The notes: generated from the sequence alone by a model not told the origin. Shown: positions 9,702 through 19,549, counted from the first letter of the stretch. The stretch is 48,487 nucleotides of DNA from Anaerolineae bacterium (GCA_041082215.1 JBDOIF010000047.1:62001-110487), one strand, 5' to 3'. Numbers and translations are program-made.

Positions 9702-10541
9702 GTGGTCGGCTTGCTGAACCCGGTGGAAGTGCTCGGCGGGCTGTTGCTGGCAGCCGTAGCTGCCGGGATCGGGTACCGGCGGGGAAGCCTCTCTCGAAGC
9801 GGCGTGCTGGGAGCGCTGCTCAGCGGTACGGTCATCTTTGGCCTGGGAGGTTGGGAGTGGGGGCTGCTCCTCCTGGCCTTTTTCTTCAGCTCCAGCGGCC
9901 TTTCCCACTATCGGGCAGAGGAGAAGGCCAGCCTGGCGGAGAAGTTCGCCAAGGGGTCTCAACGGGACCTGGGGCAGGCGCTGGCGAACGCGGGGGTGGC
10001 GATGGGACTGGCGGTGGCCCGTCTCTTCTGGCCCCAGCCGCTTCTCTACGTAGCCTGCGCCGGGGCGATGGCGGCCGTCAATGCCGACACCTGGGCGACG
10101 GAGGTAGGGGTGTTGAGCCGCACTCCACCCCGGTTGATCACCACTGGACGGGCCGTGGAGGTGGGGACCTCCGGCGGGGTGACAGGCCTGGGGCTGGCGG
10201 TGAGCGCAGCAGGTGCCCTCTTCATCGGGCTGCTGGGAAGCGGGGCGAAGCTGCTTTTGGGGGAAGGGGCGGCGGTTGGGGCGGCGGTCCTGGCGGGAGC
10301 GGTGGCCGGCGGGCTGGCCGGCTCCCTCTTTGACAGCCTGCTGGGAGCCACAGTGCAGGCCATCTACTGGTGCGACCGGTGTGGGAAGGAGACAGAACAG
10401 CCGGTCCACCGCTGCGGAGCTGCCACCCGTCGGGTGCGAGGGCTGCGATGGCTGGGGAACGACCTGGTCAACTTCGCCGCCTCCGCGATGGGCGCGGCGG
10501 TCGCGGGGAGCATCGGCGCCCTCGTGCTGGGGACGGTCTAG
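9702..10541 (+). CDS. DUF92 (TMEM19-like) membrane protein
   Basis: RDLGQALANAG, ADTWATEVG, GTSGGVT, DSLLGATVQ, NDLVNF. Confidence 0.9.
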   Translation: MVGLLNPVEVLGGLLLAAVAAGIGYRRGSLSRSGVLGALLSGTVIFGLGGWEWGLLLLAFFFSSSGLSHYRAEEKASLAEKFAKGSQRDLGQALANAGVAMGLAVARLFWPQPLLYVACAGAMAAVNADTWATEVGVLSRTPPRLITTGRAVEVGTSGGVTGLGLAVSAAGALFIGLLGSGAKLLLGEGAAVGAAVLAGAVAGGLAGSLFDSLLGATVQAIYWCDRCGKETEQPVHRCGAATRRVRGLRWLGNDLVNFAASAMGAAVAGSIGALVLGTV

Positions 10542-10594
10542 CGCTTTACCCGCGTATCATGGAAAGGCTCTGCGCTCTCCACAAATCTCTGTAG

Positions 10595-11533
10595 TTACGG
10601 AAAAGCGATCTTTCCCCGTGCTTTCAGTTCCAGTGGCAGCAGGCTGTAGTAGATGAAGGCGTGAAGCGGGGTCTCTACCCCCACCTCCCGTCCCAGCCGC
10701 ACCACTGCCCCGCTCTGGGATTCCAGCTCCGATGGCCGTTCGGCCATAATGTCCCGTTGCATCGAAGCAGTCCCTCCTGGAGGCAGGCCCTCCACCAGCG
10801 CCATGGTCTGCGGGATAGCCTCCGGAGGTAGAGCGATCCCCCGGGCGCGGGCTACAGCCACGATCTCCTCCATTGCCTGCCTCAGCATCCCCCGCGTCTC
10901 GGGCAGGCTGCACAGCACCCCTGCTGGCGCGCGGGTCACCGCCCCCACGCCGCTGAAGGAGGCGATGAAGAGGAATTTTTCCCATAGTGCTACGTGGATG
11001 TCGGGAGGGACCTCTGCCCGCACTCCGGCGCGGACGAAGGCCTGCCGGAGCCGCTCGGCCCGTTCGCTGGGCCGGTTGTCCAGCTCTCCAAAGGCGATGT
11101 AAGGCTCCATTCCCGGATGTCGGATATGGCCCGGCTCGACAACAGTGCTGATGATCCGGCAGAGGCCGCCCAGCACATGGTCGGCCCCCAACACCTGAGC
11201 CAGTTGGGTCGGCGCTTCCACCCCGTTCTCCAGTGGCACCACGAACGTCTCCGGTCCCACCAGTGGTCGCATTGCCCGGGCCGCTTCTTCCACCTGCCAG
11301 GCCTTCACTCCCACCAGCACCACGTCCACTATCCCCACCCGGGTGGGGTCATCGGTCGCCTGGGCGGGGTGGATGACGAAATCGCCCGCCACGCTGTCCA
11401 CCCGCAGCCCATGGGCCTGGATCGCCCGCAGGTGCTCTCCCCGGGCGATGAAGATCACATCCTCCCCGGCCTGGGCCAGCCGCCCGCCGAAGTAGCCCCC
11501 TACGGCACCAGCTCCGAAGACCGCGACGCGCAT
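10595..11533 (-). CDS. panE: 2-dehydropantoate 2-reductase (ketopantoate reductase family)
   Basis: MRVAVFGAGAVGGYFG, ENG, WEKFLF, SMQRD, ELE; RBS GAGGAGG. Confidence 0.88.
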   Translation of the reverse strand: MRVAVFGAGAVGGYFGGRLAQAGEDVIFIARGEHLRAIQAHGLRVDSVAGDFVIHPAQATDDPTRVGIVDVVLVGVKAWQVEEAARAMRPLVGPETFVVPLENGVEAPTQLAQVLGADHVLGGLCRIISTVVEPGHIRHPGMEPYIAFGELDNRPSERAERLRQAFVRAGVRAEVPPDIHVALWEKFLFIASFSGVGAVTRAPAGVLCSLPETRGMLRQAMEEIVAVARARGIALPPEAIPQTMALVEGLPPGGTASMQRDIMAERPSELESQSGAVVRLGREVGVETPLHAFIYYSLLPLELKARGKIAFP

Positions 11534-11551
11534 AAATATCCTCCTCACTTA

Positions 11552-11637
11552 GCCACAGAGACACGGAGTACACAGCGTTTCGCTAAGGACGCCGGGTTTT
11601 ACCATTGTTTCTCCGCGTCCCCGCATCCCCGCGTCTC
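11552..11637. repeat. Periodic imperfect inverted repeat (CACAGAGA-type left arm, TCCCCGCG-type right arm)
   Basis: gccacagagacacggagtacacag ... tctccgcgtccccgcatccccgcgtctc; related copies elsewhere in window. Confidence 0.7.
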
Positions 11638-12652
11638 ACTCCCCCCACACCCCTGCTGCCAGCGTACCGCAATCCGGGCAACGGCCCGTTGGTGAGATAT
11701 GATCCTCCAGCACCCAGAAGCCGGAGCGGCGGATCAACAGACGGCCGCAGGCATGACAGTGGGTATTGGACTCGCCGGGGACGTTTCCCACATAGACGTA
11801 GCGCAGCCCTTCCTCCAGCCCGATTTCGTGCGCCTGCTGGAGCGTGGAGATGGGAGTGGGGGGAGTGTCCCCCATCCGGTAGGCCGGGTAGAACCGGCTG
11901 ATATGCCAGGGGGTCTCCACCCCCAGCTCCTGTGCCACAAACCGGGCCGCATCCCGCAGCTCCGCCGGGTCGTCGTTGACGCCGGGAACGATCAGAGTGG
12001 TCACCTCGACCCAGATCCCCAGTTGCTTCATCTTCTTGAGGCTGTCCAGCACCGGCTGGAGCCGCGCCCCAGCATATTCGCGGTAGGTCTCATCCCGGAA
12101 TGCCTTCAGGTCCACGTTGGCCGCATCCAGATAGGGGTGAAAGAATTCCAGCATCTCCTCCGTCATATATCCGTTGGTCACGTAGACGTTGGCAATGCCA
12201 GCCTCGTGAGCCAGGCGGGCGATGTCGTAGGTGTACTCAAAGAAGACGGTCGGTTCGGTGTAGGTGTAGGCGATGCTCCGGCTGCCGGCCCGCCGGGCGC
12301 TGGCGACGATCCCCTCCGGGCTGGCCGGCTCTCCCATAATCAGGTGTTGTTCCCGGACCATCTGGGAGATCTCCCAGTTCTGACACCACCGGCAGCGGAA
12401 GTTGCAGCCTACCGTAGCAATGGAATAAGCAGTGGAGCCGGGATAGAAGTGGTGGAGCGGCTTCTTCTCCACCGGGTCCACATGCTGGGAAATGGTGCGC
12501 CCGTAGACCAGCGTGTAGAGGGTCCCCTCCCGGTTCTCCCGCACCTGGCAGACCCCCCGCTTTCCCTCAGCGATGGTGCAGCGGTGAGCGCAGAGGCTGC
12601 AATGGACCCGTCCGTCCGCCAGCTTCTCATATAACATCGCCTCTTTCATCAC
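11636..12652 (-). CDS. amrS: AmmeMemoRadiSam system radical SAM enzyme
   Basis: CSLCAHRC, DPVEKKPLHHFYPG, GCNFRCRWCQNW, YTYTEPT, YVYVGN, C-terminal CxxC pairs. Confidence 0.92.
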   Translation of the reverse strand: MMKEAMLYEKLADGRVHCSLCAHRCTIAEGKRGVCQVRENREGTLYTLVYGRTISQHVDPVEKKPLHHFYPGSTAYSIATVGCNFRCRWCQNWEISQMVREQHLIMGEPASPEGIVASARRAGSRSIAYTYTEPTVFFEYTYDIARLAHEAGIANVYVTNGYMTEEMLEFFHPYLDAANVDLKAFRDETYREYAGARLQPVLDSLKKMKQLGIWVEVTTLIVPGVNDDPAELRDAARFVAQELGVETPWHISRFYPAYRMGDTPPTPISTLQQAHEIGLEEGLRYVYVGNVPGESNTHCHACGRLLIRRSGFWVLEDHISPTGRCPDCGTLAAGVWGE

Positions 12653-12669
12653 AGCACCTCAAGCCTCTC

Positions 12670-12962
12670 TCATTCCCTTGGTATATACCGTACCCCTTCC
12701 ATCCCCTCAAAGTCTGCATCCTGGGTCCACAGCTCCGCCCCATATGCCCGTGCCGTCGCCAGCATCACGCTGTCTGCCATCGGTAACTTCTTCTCCACCG
12801 ACAGCCGCGCTGCCTCCAATGCGATCTCCGCTGTCAGCTCCACCACCTGCCCTTCCATCATCACCGCTGCGGCCTGTAAAGCCTCTCCCTCCCCCCGTTG
12901 CTGCAACACTCGCTTGAACACCTCGTACAGGCTCAGTGCCGGCACCACTCCACCACCTTCAT
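12670..12962 (-). pseudogene. vapC: VapC/PIN toxin with internal deletion and frameshift
   Basis: ATG 12962 overlaps antitoxin stop; reads MKVVE then stops after 9 codons, while the PIN body (VVPALSLYEVFKR..LPMADS..LWTQDADF) is in another frame. Confidence 0.8.
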
Positions 12963-13165
12963 ACCCGATCCCCCTCCCGCTCGATAGTTACGTCTATCCC
13001 TTTCAGGAACCCGCGCGCTTCTTTCATTGACCGGACGGGGATCAGCTCGATTCGGTTATCGTACAGGATGACTCTGACCTTTTGCCCAGGGCGCATGCTC
13101 AGCGACTTCCGGACCCGGCTTGGAATAACCACCTGAAATTTGGGCGAAATTGTCACTGTTTCCAT
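12959..13165 (-). CDS. AbrB/MazE/SpoVT-family antitoxin
   Basis: METVTISPKFQVVIPSRVRKSLSMRPGQKV; 68 aa; directly upstream of PIN gene. Confidence 0.88.
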   Translation of the reverse strand: METVTISPKFQVVIPSRVRKSLSMRPGQKVRVILYDNRIELIPVRSMKEARGFLKGIDVTIEREGDRV

Positions 13166-13296
13166 TTCATTCTCCATTTCGACCCACAAATCGTATTACT
13201 TATGCTGTTTTACCATACACGGCTGTGGGGTCAAGGCGGTGGCCAGCAAGCCGATGCGGTGTGCCTCCGAATTCCCGCTCAATCTGCCAATCCGGT

Positions 13297-16224
13297 TTAT
13301 CCGTATCCCCGCAGCGCCCGCCAGACCCGCTCGGGGGTGAAGGGAAGCTCCCGGATCCAGACCCCCGTGGCGTCGTGGATGGCGTCGGCAAGGGCGGGGG
13401 CGATGCCGTCCATGGGAATCTCGGCGATGGACTTGGCCCCGAAGGGGCCGGTGGGCTCGTCCGTCTGCACGAAGATCACCTCCACCCGGGGCATCTCGTT
13501 GGCTTTGTAGACGTGGTAGGGGCCGAGGCGGGGGTTGACCAGGTGGCCGTTCCCATCGTAAACCATCTCCTCACAGTGGGCAAAGCCCAATGCCTGGGCG
13601 ATCCCACCCTCCGCCTGTCCCGAAGCGGTAATGGGGTTGACCACCCGCCCGGCGTCCACCACCATCAGGATGCGGTCCACCGTTACCTGCCCCGTCTCCG
13701 TATCTACCGTCGCCTCGACGAACTGGGCGCCGAAAGGCGGAGGGCTTTCGTAGCTCATATGGGAGGCACTGGCGACGATCTGATGCTGGCTGTCCACGTG
13801 GAGGCTGTTCAGCGCCACCGTTTCCAGGCTGGCCGAGCGGCCGTCGGGGGCAAAGACCTGACCGTCCCGCAGTTGAAGTCCCTCTGCGCTTTCCAGACCC
13901 AGCATACGGGCGGCGTGCTCTTTGATCTGGCGGGCTACCTCCAGGGCCGCTTTCCGCACCGCCCCACCGCTGATATAGGTGGTGCTGGAGGCATAAGCCC
14001 CCTTGTCGAAGGGGGTGAAGTCGGTGTCCGAGGCGTAGACGACGATGTCGTCCACTGTCACACCCAGCACCTCGGCGGCGATCTGGGCCAGGATGGTATC
14101 AGAGCCGGTTCCCAGGTCGGTAGCGCCTACCAGCAGGTTGAAGGAGCCGTCGTCGTTCATCTTGACGGTGGCGCTGGCCATATCCAGCCCGGCGACGCCG
14201 CTGCCGTGCAACATCACCGCCATCCCGACCCCCCGCCTCCGCATCCCTCCGGCGCTCTGCTGCCAGGCTTCGTTCCCGCGCTTGTTGTACCAGTCCATCG
14301 CCTCCAGCCCCACCCGGACGCACTGCTCCAGGCCGCTGGTGCGGATCACCTGCTCAAACCCCTCCCGCCCCTCGCCCAGGGCCTTGGCCAGCAGCATCTC
14401 CTCTCCCTCTTTGATCCAGTTCTTCCGCTTGAACTCCACCACATCCCATCCCATCTCGGCGGCGATCTCGGACATGATGGTCTCGATGCCGAAGAAGCAC
14501 TGGGTCGCTCCGTAGCCACGGAAAGCGCCCGAGGGCGGCTTGTTGGTGTAGACCACGTCGCAGACGAATTTGGAATAGGGTGCGTTGTAAAGGGTGAGCC
14601 CCTTCTGTCCGCCCACCATCTGGACGGTGAGGCCGTGGGTGGCGTAGGCGCCCGTGTCGCCGATGAGGTACAGTTCGGTGGCAACCACCTCCATATCTTT
14701 GGTGACGCCGACCCTGTAGCGCATGATCTGGGGATGGCGGCTGCGGGAGCTGGTGAACTCCTGCCTGCGGGTGTACTCCATCCGCACCGGCCGGCCTGTG
14801 CGGAGCGTCAGCAGGGCGCAGAGGTCCTCGATCACCATCTCCTGTTTGTTGCCGAACCCCCCGCCCAGGCGGGGCTTGTAGACCCGGATCTTCCGCACCG
14901 GCAGGCCGATGAGGGGGGCCAGCATGCGGCGGATGTGGAAGGGGACCTGGGTGCTGGAGCGGACGACCAGCCGGCCGTCCTCGTCGAAATAGGTGATGCA
15001 GACGTGGGGTTCCAGGTGGGCGTGCTGTTGTTTTGAGGTGCGGTACTCCCGCTCGAAGACGTAATCGGCCCGGGCCCACTGGGTTTCGGCATCCCCTCCC
15101 TCTGCCTCGATGTGGTGGACGATGTTGTGCTGGCGGTCGTAGATGCCGGTGGTGTCCGGCTCGTCGTGGATCACCGGCGCTCCGTCCTTCATTGCCTCCA
15201 CGGGGTCGAGCACGTGGGGCAGGAGTTCGTACTCCACCTCGATCAGCCGGAGCGCCTGCTGGGCCAGCTCCGGCGTCTCCGCTGCAACGACCGCCACCCG
15301 ATCCCCCTCGTGCCGCACCTTGTGGTCCAGCACCACCTGATCGTAGGGGTGGGGCTGGGGGTAGCTCTGCCCGCCGGAGGCGTACTTCACCCGCTCGATG
15401 TCCTGATAGGTCAACACGGCGTGGACCCCCGGGAGGGCGCGGGCGCGGCTGGTGTCAATCCGTTTGATGCGGGCGTGGGCGTGGGGGCTGGTGAGGAGTG
15501 CGCCATACAGCATCCCCGGCAGCCTGATGTCGTCGGTGAAGGCGGGACGGCCGGTCGCCAGCTTGACCCCGTCCACCTTGGGAACCCCCCTGCCGACCAC
15601 CCGCAGCGGTTCCATATCCGGCGGCGAAAGGACCAGCGGCGGCAGCAGGCCCCCGTCCTCTGCCAGATGGTAGTATCGGTCTATGATGGGGGCCGGAGAT
15701 TGGTCCGGAGGCAGAGTTGCCTCGACCGGCTCGAAGGGGGGGATCCCCTCCCTTCGCAACATCGCTGCTGCCCGCTGCACGGCCTGAATGATCTTGACAT
15801 AACCAGTACAACGGCAGAGGACGCCGCCCAGCGCCTCCCGAATCTCCTCCTCGGTGGGGTTGGGGTTCCGGTCCAGCAGGGCCTTGGCGGTAAGGACTTG
15901 GGCCGGGGTGCAGTAGCCGCACTGAATTGCGCCGGTCTCGATGAACGCCTGCTGGATGGGATGGAGCTGCCCGGGAGGAGCCAGACCCTCCAGGGTCTCG
16001 ACCCGGCGACCGGCGACGTCGGCGGCGCGGAGCTGGCAGCTATGGACCGGCTTCCCATCGAGCAGGACCGTGCAGGAGCCGCAGTCCCCTGTCTTGCAGC
16101 CGTGCTTGACGCTCACGTAGGAAGCGTTCCGCAGCGCGTCCAGCAGCGTCTCCCCCCGATGGACCGTGAGGGTTTTCTCCTCCCCGTTGATCGTCAGCCT
16201 GATCGAAATCGTTCCTTCGCTCAT
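13297..16224 (-). CDS. Xanthine dehydrogenase-family molybdoenzyme, fused 2x[2Fe-2S] and molybdopterin domains (XdhD-like)
   Basis: CKTGDCGSC, QCGYCTP, CRCTGY, GGGFGNK, AFRGYG, GAKSIAE; start MSEGTIS at 16224. Confidence 0.9.
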   Translation of the reverse strand: MSEGTISIRLTINGEEKTLTVHRGETLLDALRNASYVSVKHGCKTGDCGSCTVLLDGKPVHSCQLRAADVAGRRVETLEGLAPPGQLHPIQQAFIETGAIQCGYCTPAQVLTAKALLDRNPNPTEEEIREALGGVLCRCTGYVKIIQAVQRAAAMLRREGIPPFEPVEATLPPDQSPAPIIDRYYHLAEDGGLLPPLVLSPPDMEPLRVVGRGVPKVDGVKLATGRPAFTDDIRLPGMLYGALLTSPHAHARIKRIDTSRARALPGVHAVLTYQDIERVKYASGGQSYPQPHPYDQVVLDHKVRHEGDRVAVVAAETPELAQQALRLIEVEYELLPHVLDPVEAMKDGAPVIHDEPDTTGIYDRQHNIVHHIEAEGGDAETQWARADYVFEREYRTSKQQHAHLEPHVCITYFDEDGRLVVRSSTQVPFHIRRMLAPLIGLPVRKIRVYKPRLGGGFGNKQEMVIEDLCALLTLRTGRPVRMEYTRRQEFTSSRSRHPQIMRYRVGVTKDMEVVATELYLIGDTGAYATHGLTVQMVGGQKGLTLYNAPYSKFVCDVVYTNKPPSGAFRGYGATQCFFGIETIMSEIAAEMGWDVVEFKRKNWIKEGEEMLLAKALGEGREGFEQVIRTSGLEQCVRVGLEAMDWYNKRGNEAWQQSAGGMRRRGVGMAVMLHGSGVAGLDMASATVKMNDDGSFNLLVGATDLGTGSDTILAQIAAEVLGVTVDDIVVYASDTDFTPFDKGAYASSTTYISGGAVRKAALEVARQIKEHAARMLGLESAEGLQLRDGQVFAPDGRSASLETVALNSLHVDSQHQIVASASHMSYESPPPFGAQFVEATVDTETGQVTVDRILMVVDAGRVVNPITASGQAEGGIAQALGFAHCEEMVYDGNGHLVNPRLGPYHVYKANEMPRVEVIFVQTDEPTGPFGAKSIAEIPMDGIAPALADAIHDATGVWIRELPFTPERVWRALRGYG

Positions 16225-16247
16225 AGCTTTTCTCCTGGGAACTTCCA

Positions 16248-16346
16248 CCACAGAGACATGGGGGGCACAGAGAAGTATCAGGAGACCTCACACTCTCCAT
16301 GGAGCTCTGTGTTCTCCGCGTCTCCCTTGCCCCGCGTCCCCGCGTC
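16248..16346. repeat. Periodic imperfect inverted repeat
   Basis: ccacagagacatggggggcacagag ... ctctgtgttctccgcgtctcccttgccccgcgtccccgcg. Confidence 0.7.
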
Positions 16347-16983
16347 ACCTTCCTGCGCACTGCTCCAGAGCACGGCGGGCCATCACCCCTGCCATCGCCC
16401 GGCGGTACGCCTCGCTGCCCAGAAAGTCCCCTCTGGGGGCCACTTCCTGCTCGATGGCAGCGGCCACCTCCCGGATGTGGGCTTCGTCCAGCGGCCGGCC
16501 CACCAGTCGGGCGGGGGCTTCGGCCAGGCGGACCGGCTCGGGCCAGGCGCCGATGAGGGCAACGCGGGCCTGACGCACGGTCTCCCCTTCCAGGTCCACT
16601 ACGGCCACTGCCGCGACGATCGGATCGTCGGCGGGGGTGCGGGCCACCCGGGCCTGTCCCCATCGTCGGCCGGGCCGTTCTGGCTGCACGCGCAGCTCCT
16701 TCATCCGGCCCCGAACCTCATGTCCCAGCGCAGCCTCCAGAGCGACCTCCTGTTCCCCCTCTTCCCTCTCCAGCAGGACCGTAGCGCCCAGGGCCAACAG
16801 CGCCGCCACCCAGAGGGAGGCGAGCTGTGGGGTAGCCAGCGCCCGTCGCACCGTGATCTCGTTCCGCTTTTGCCAGGAGAGGGGGCCGGTCAGCGTCTGC
16901 CGGAAGAGAGGGGGGCAATCCGGACGCTCGATCACCGATTGGAGCGTGGCCTCTCCGTCTATGCTCCAGATTGGCTCTCCCAT
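16345..16983 (-). CDS. Shortened XdhB/CoxM-like flavoprotein-type subunit
   Basis: ALLALGATV, RTPADDPIV, DFLGSEAYRRAMA; 212 aa; RBS GGAGG; lacks the N-terminal AGGT motif. Confidence 0.75.
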   Translation of the reverse strand: MGEPIWSIDGEATLQSVIERPDCPPLFRQTLTGPLSWQKRNEITVRRALATPQLASLWVAALLALGATVLLEREEGEQEVALEAALGHEVRGRMKELRVQPERPGRRWGQARVARTPADDPIVAAVAVVDLEGETVRQARVALIGAWPEPVRLAEAPARLVGRPLDEAHIREVAAAIEQEVAPRGDFLGSEAYRRAMAGVMARRALEQCAGR

Positions 16984-17007
16984 ATCGTTACCCTCCAGGT
17001 TTTTCTT

Positions 17008-17088
17008 GCCACAGAGGATATGGAGCTTTGGGAAAATGTCAAATTCCCCGGCGTTCCTCCGCGCTCTCCGTGTCTCCGCGTCTCCTCG
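17008..17088. repeat. Periodic imperfect inverted repeat
   Basis: gccacagaggatatggag ... ctccgcgctctccgtgtctccgcgtctcc. Confidence 0.6.
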
Positions 17089-17105
17089 CCTATCCCTCTC
17101 CCAGG

Positions 17106-17705
17106 CTACGGCCCCGGTTTAGCGGTGATCACCACCCAGTAATGGACGTAAGGGCTGGTCGGGTCGTAGGCGTAGCCGATGCCGTACTCGATCTGCTCGG
17201 CAAAGAAGGGATGCAGGCCAAGGAGGTGGGTGCGGTGGCCTGAGGAATTCATCCATCCGTTCCAGACTGCCTCGGCCGTTGGGTAGCCGGCAGCGATGGA
17301 TTCGATGTTGTTAGCAGTGGGGGAAGTATCATAATAAGAGGGGAGCACGTAGCCTGCCTGCCGCACCAGGTAGTTAGGCCCGTAGCCGTCGGGGTTGACG
17401 TGGCTGAAGTAGTGGCGACGGGCCATGTCCTCCGCCCGCTCCCGGGCCACCCGGGCCAGGATCGGATGGCAGGTGAGGGAAGGGCGACGCTGGTCTGGAT
17501 GCTCGATCATATAGCGGGCGATCGCTTCCTCCTGGGGGTTGGGCACGCAGGAAGGATATGCGGCGATAAAGGGCAGGTAGGCCCGGGGGGTAACCGGGCC
17601 GGACTGGGCCTGTGTCCAGCGGGCCGGGGTGAGGATGAGCAGGCCGATAAAGGCCAGGGCTATTCCTGAGGCGACCCATTTTTTGATCCAGGTGGTGAGC
17701 TTCAT
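17106..17705 (-). CDS. Secreted CAP (SCP) domain protein
   Basis: Signal peptide, AEDMARRHYFSH, ESIAAGY, WMNSSGHRTHLL, GIGY; start ATG 17705. Confidence 0.88.
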   Translation of the reverse strand: MKLTTWIKKWVASGIALAFIGLLILTPARWTQAQSGPVTPRAYLPFIAAYPSCVPNPQEEAIARYMIEHPDQRRPSLTCHPILARVARERAEDMARRHYFSHVNPDGYGPNYLVRQAGYVLPSYYDTSPTANNIESIAAGYPTAEAVWNGWMNSSGHRTHLLGLHPFFAEQIEYGIGYAYDPTSPYVHYWVVITAKPGP

Positions 17706-17784
17706 TCCTGACCCTGCCTCCCGGATGGTAGCGTTGTATAATTCCAGTATAGCACACGCTACCCGGTATGAAAAGGCGAGAGGC

Positions 17785-17963
17785 CTGGGCTTCGGACAGG
17801 CGTTCGGACAGGGTGGGAGAGCGACCCTCACCCCACCCCCTGGCCCCCTCCCCTCTCCCGCGCGGCGGGGGAGGGGAGGGGGTAGGGGGAGGGGTGAGGG
17901 GGATGGGGTGAGGTCAGAAGCGGCCGATGAGCGGTTGCGTCCGCACTCACGTCCGAACTTCAG
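17785..17963 (+). mobile_element. MITE family B, copy 1 (~179 bp) with internal C-rich/G-rich palindrome
   Basis: Left CTGGGCTTCGGACAGGCGTTCGGAC; right end reverse-complement CTGAAGTTCGGACGTGAGTGCGGAC; flanks GAGAGGC/GAGACGC (6/7); left end recurs at 48389. Confidence 0.65.
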
Positions 17964-17999
17964 GAGACGCGAATGGGAGCGAGTGGGGCGCATGGAAAG

Positions 18000-18121
18000 A
18001 GGTGCATTTCAGTTTGGGGGCGAGATGTCCCTGGCCCGGGCCGGAACTGGGGAAACACGAATGGCGCGAATGAAAACGAATGCCGCGAGAGGACCACTCG
18101 CCCCGAAATTGAAATACGCCC
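18000..18121 (+). mobile_element. MITE family A, copy 2 (internally deleted, 122 bp)
   Basis: Both TIRs present; flanking direct repeat (C)ATGGAAAG; ~70 bp lost between GCGA microhomologies. Confidence 0.9.
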
Positions 18122-18137
18122 ATGGAAAGGTGCACCC

Positions 18138-18166
18138 TTGACACCAGTCCTGGCCTGGGGCATAAT
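18138..18166 (+). promoter_or_regulatory. sigma70-type promoter of radA
   Basis: TTGACA-17 bp-CATAAT, then RBS GGGGAGG and ATG 18185. Confidence 0.75.
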
Positions 18167-18184
18167 TCCCATCGGGGAGGAAAG

Positions 18185-19549
18185 ATGACGAAACCGCACA
18201 CCCAGTGGGTCTGTCAGGTCTGCGGCCGGGTCAGCCCTCGCCAGATGGGGCGGTGCCCCGGCTGCGGTGAGTGGAACACGATGGTGGAAGTGGTGGAAGA
18301 GCGGGAACCGACCGCCCCGGCCCGTGCTGTATCCAGCGAGCCACACCCACTTTCGGCCGTGGAGGCGGAGGACCTGGGACGATTGGCCTTGCCGATGGAG
18401 GAATTCTCCCGCGTGCTGGGCGGAGGATTGGTCCCCGGCTCGCTGGTCCTGGTGGGGGGGGAGCCGGGGATCGGGAAATCCACCCTGCTTCTGCAGATCT
18501 CCGCTCTGGTCGCCCAGACGACCGGCCGGCCGGTCCTCTACGTCTCCGGGGAGGAGTCGGCCCGGCAGATCAAGATGCGGGCCCGGCGGCTGGGCCTTCG
18601 GACCGACGGGATCTTCGTCCTTACCGAGACCAACCTGGAGGCGATCCTCCATCATGCGGACCGGATGGGGCCGGTGATGCTGGTGGTGGACTCGATCCAG
18701 ACCGTCGCATCGGGCGATCTGACCTCGGGAGCGGGGTCCATCAGCCAGGTGCGGGCGGCTGCGGCCCGCTTCCAGTGGTGGGCCAAGTCCGGCGGCAGCT
18801 CCGTCTTCCTGGTGGGCCACGTCACCAAAGAAGGGGCCATCGCCGGGCCGAAGGTGCTGGAGCACATCGTAGATACCGTCCTTTATCTGGAGGGGGACCC
18901 GTTCCACACCTATCGGCTTCTGCGTTCCACCAAAAACCGGTTCGGGCCGACCGCCGAAGTGGGGGTGTTCGAGATGCGGGAGGAGGGGATGGTGGAGGTC
19001 GCCAACCCCTCGGAGGCGTTTCTGGCCGAGCGGATGGTCAACGCGCCGGGGTCGGCCATCGCCGTCACGATGGAGGGAACCCGTCCGCTGCTGGTGGAGA
19101 TCCAGGCGCTCACCAGCCACACCAGCTTCGGCCATCCCCGGCGCACGGCCAACGGGGTGGATTTCAACCGGCTGCTTTTGATCGTGGCGGTGCTGAGCCG
19201 GCGGGTGGGGCTGCGGCTCTTCGATCAGGACGTGTTCGCCAATGTGGTGGGGGGCCTGCAGATCGAGGAGCCGGCCGCTGACCTGGCGGTTGCTGCTGCC
19301 ATCGGCTCCAGCATCCGGGAGCGGCCCGTGGCAGCGGACCTGGTGCTGGTGGGGGAGGTGGGCCTCTCCGGCGAGGTGCGGGCGGTGGGGCAGATCGAGA
19401 CAAGGCTGAAGGAGGCTGCCAAGCTGGGCTTTCGCCGCTGCATCCTGCCCAGAATGATCCGGGGGGCGCGTCTTCGCTTCCCCGAAGAGCTGGAGCTGAT
19501 CCCTGTCCGTTCGGTGGCGGAGGCACTGGAGCGGGCGCTCGTCCCTTAA
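18185..19549 (+). CDS. radA: DNA repair protein RadA/Sms
   Basis: C4 zinc finger, GEPGIGKST, KNRFG, Lon-like C-terminus GEVGLSGEVR. Confidence 0.97.
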   Translation: MTKPHTQWVCQVCGRVSPRQMGRCPGCGEWNTMVEVVEEREPTAPARAVSSEPHPLSAVEAEDLGRLALPMEEFSRVLGGGLVPGSLVLVGGEPGIGKSTLLLQISALVAQTTGRPVLYVSGEESARQIKMRARRLGLRTDGIFVLTETNLEAILHHADRMGPVMLVVDSIQTVASGDLTSGAGSISQVRAAAARFQWWAKSGGSSVFLVGHVTKEGAIAGPKVLEHIVDTVLYLEGDPFHTYRLLRSTKNRFGPTAEVGVFEMREEGMVEVANPSEAFLAERMVNAPGSAIAVTMEGTRPLLVEIQALTSHTSFGHPRRTANGVDFNRLLLIVAVLSRRVGLRLFDQDVFANVVGGLQIEEPAADLAVAAAIGSSIRERPVAADLVLVGEVGLSGEVRAVGQIETRLKEAAKLGFRRCILPRMIRGARLRFPEELELIPVRSVAEALERALVP

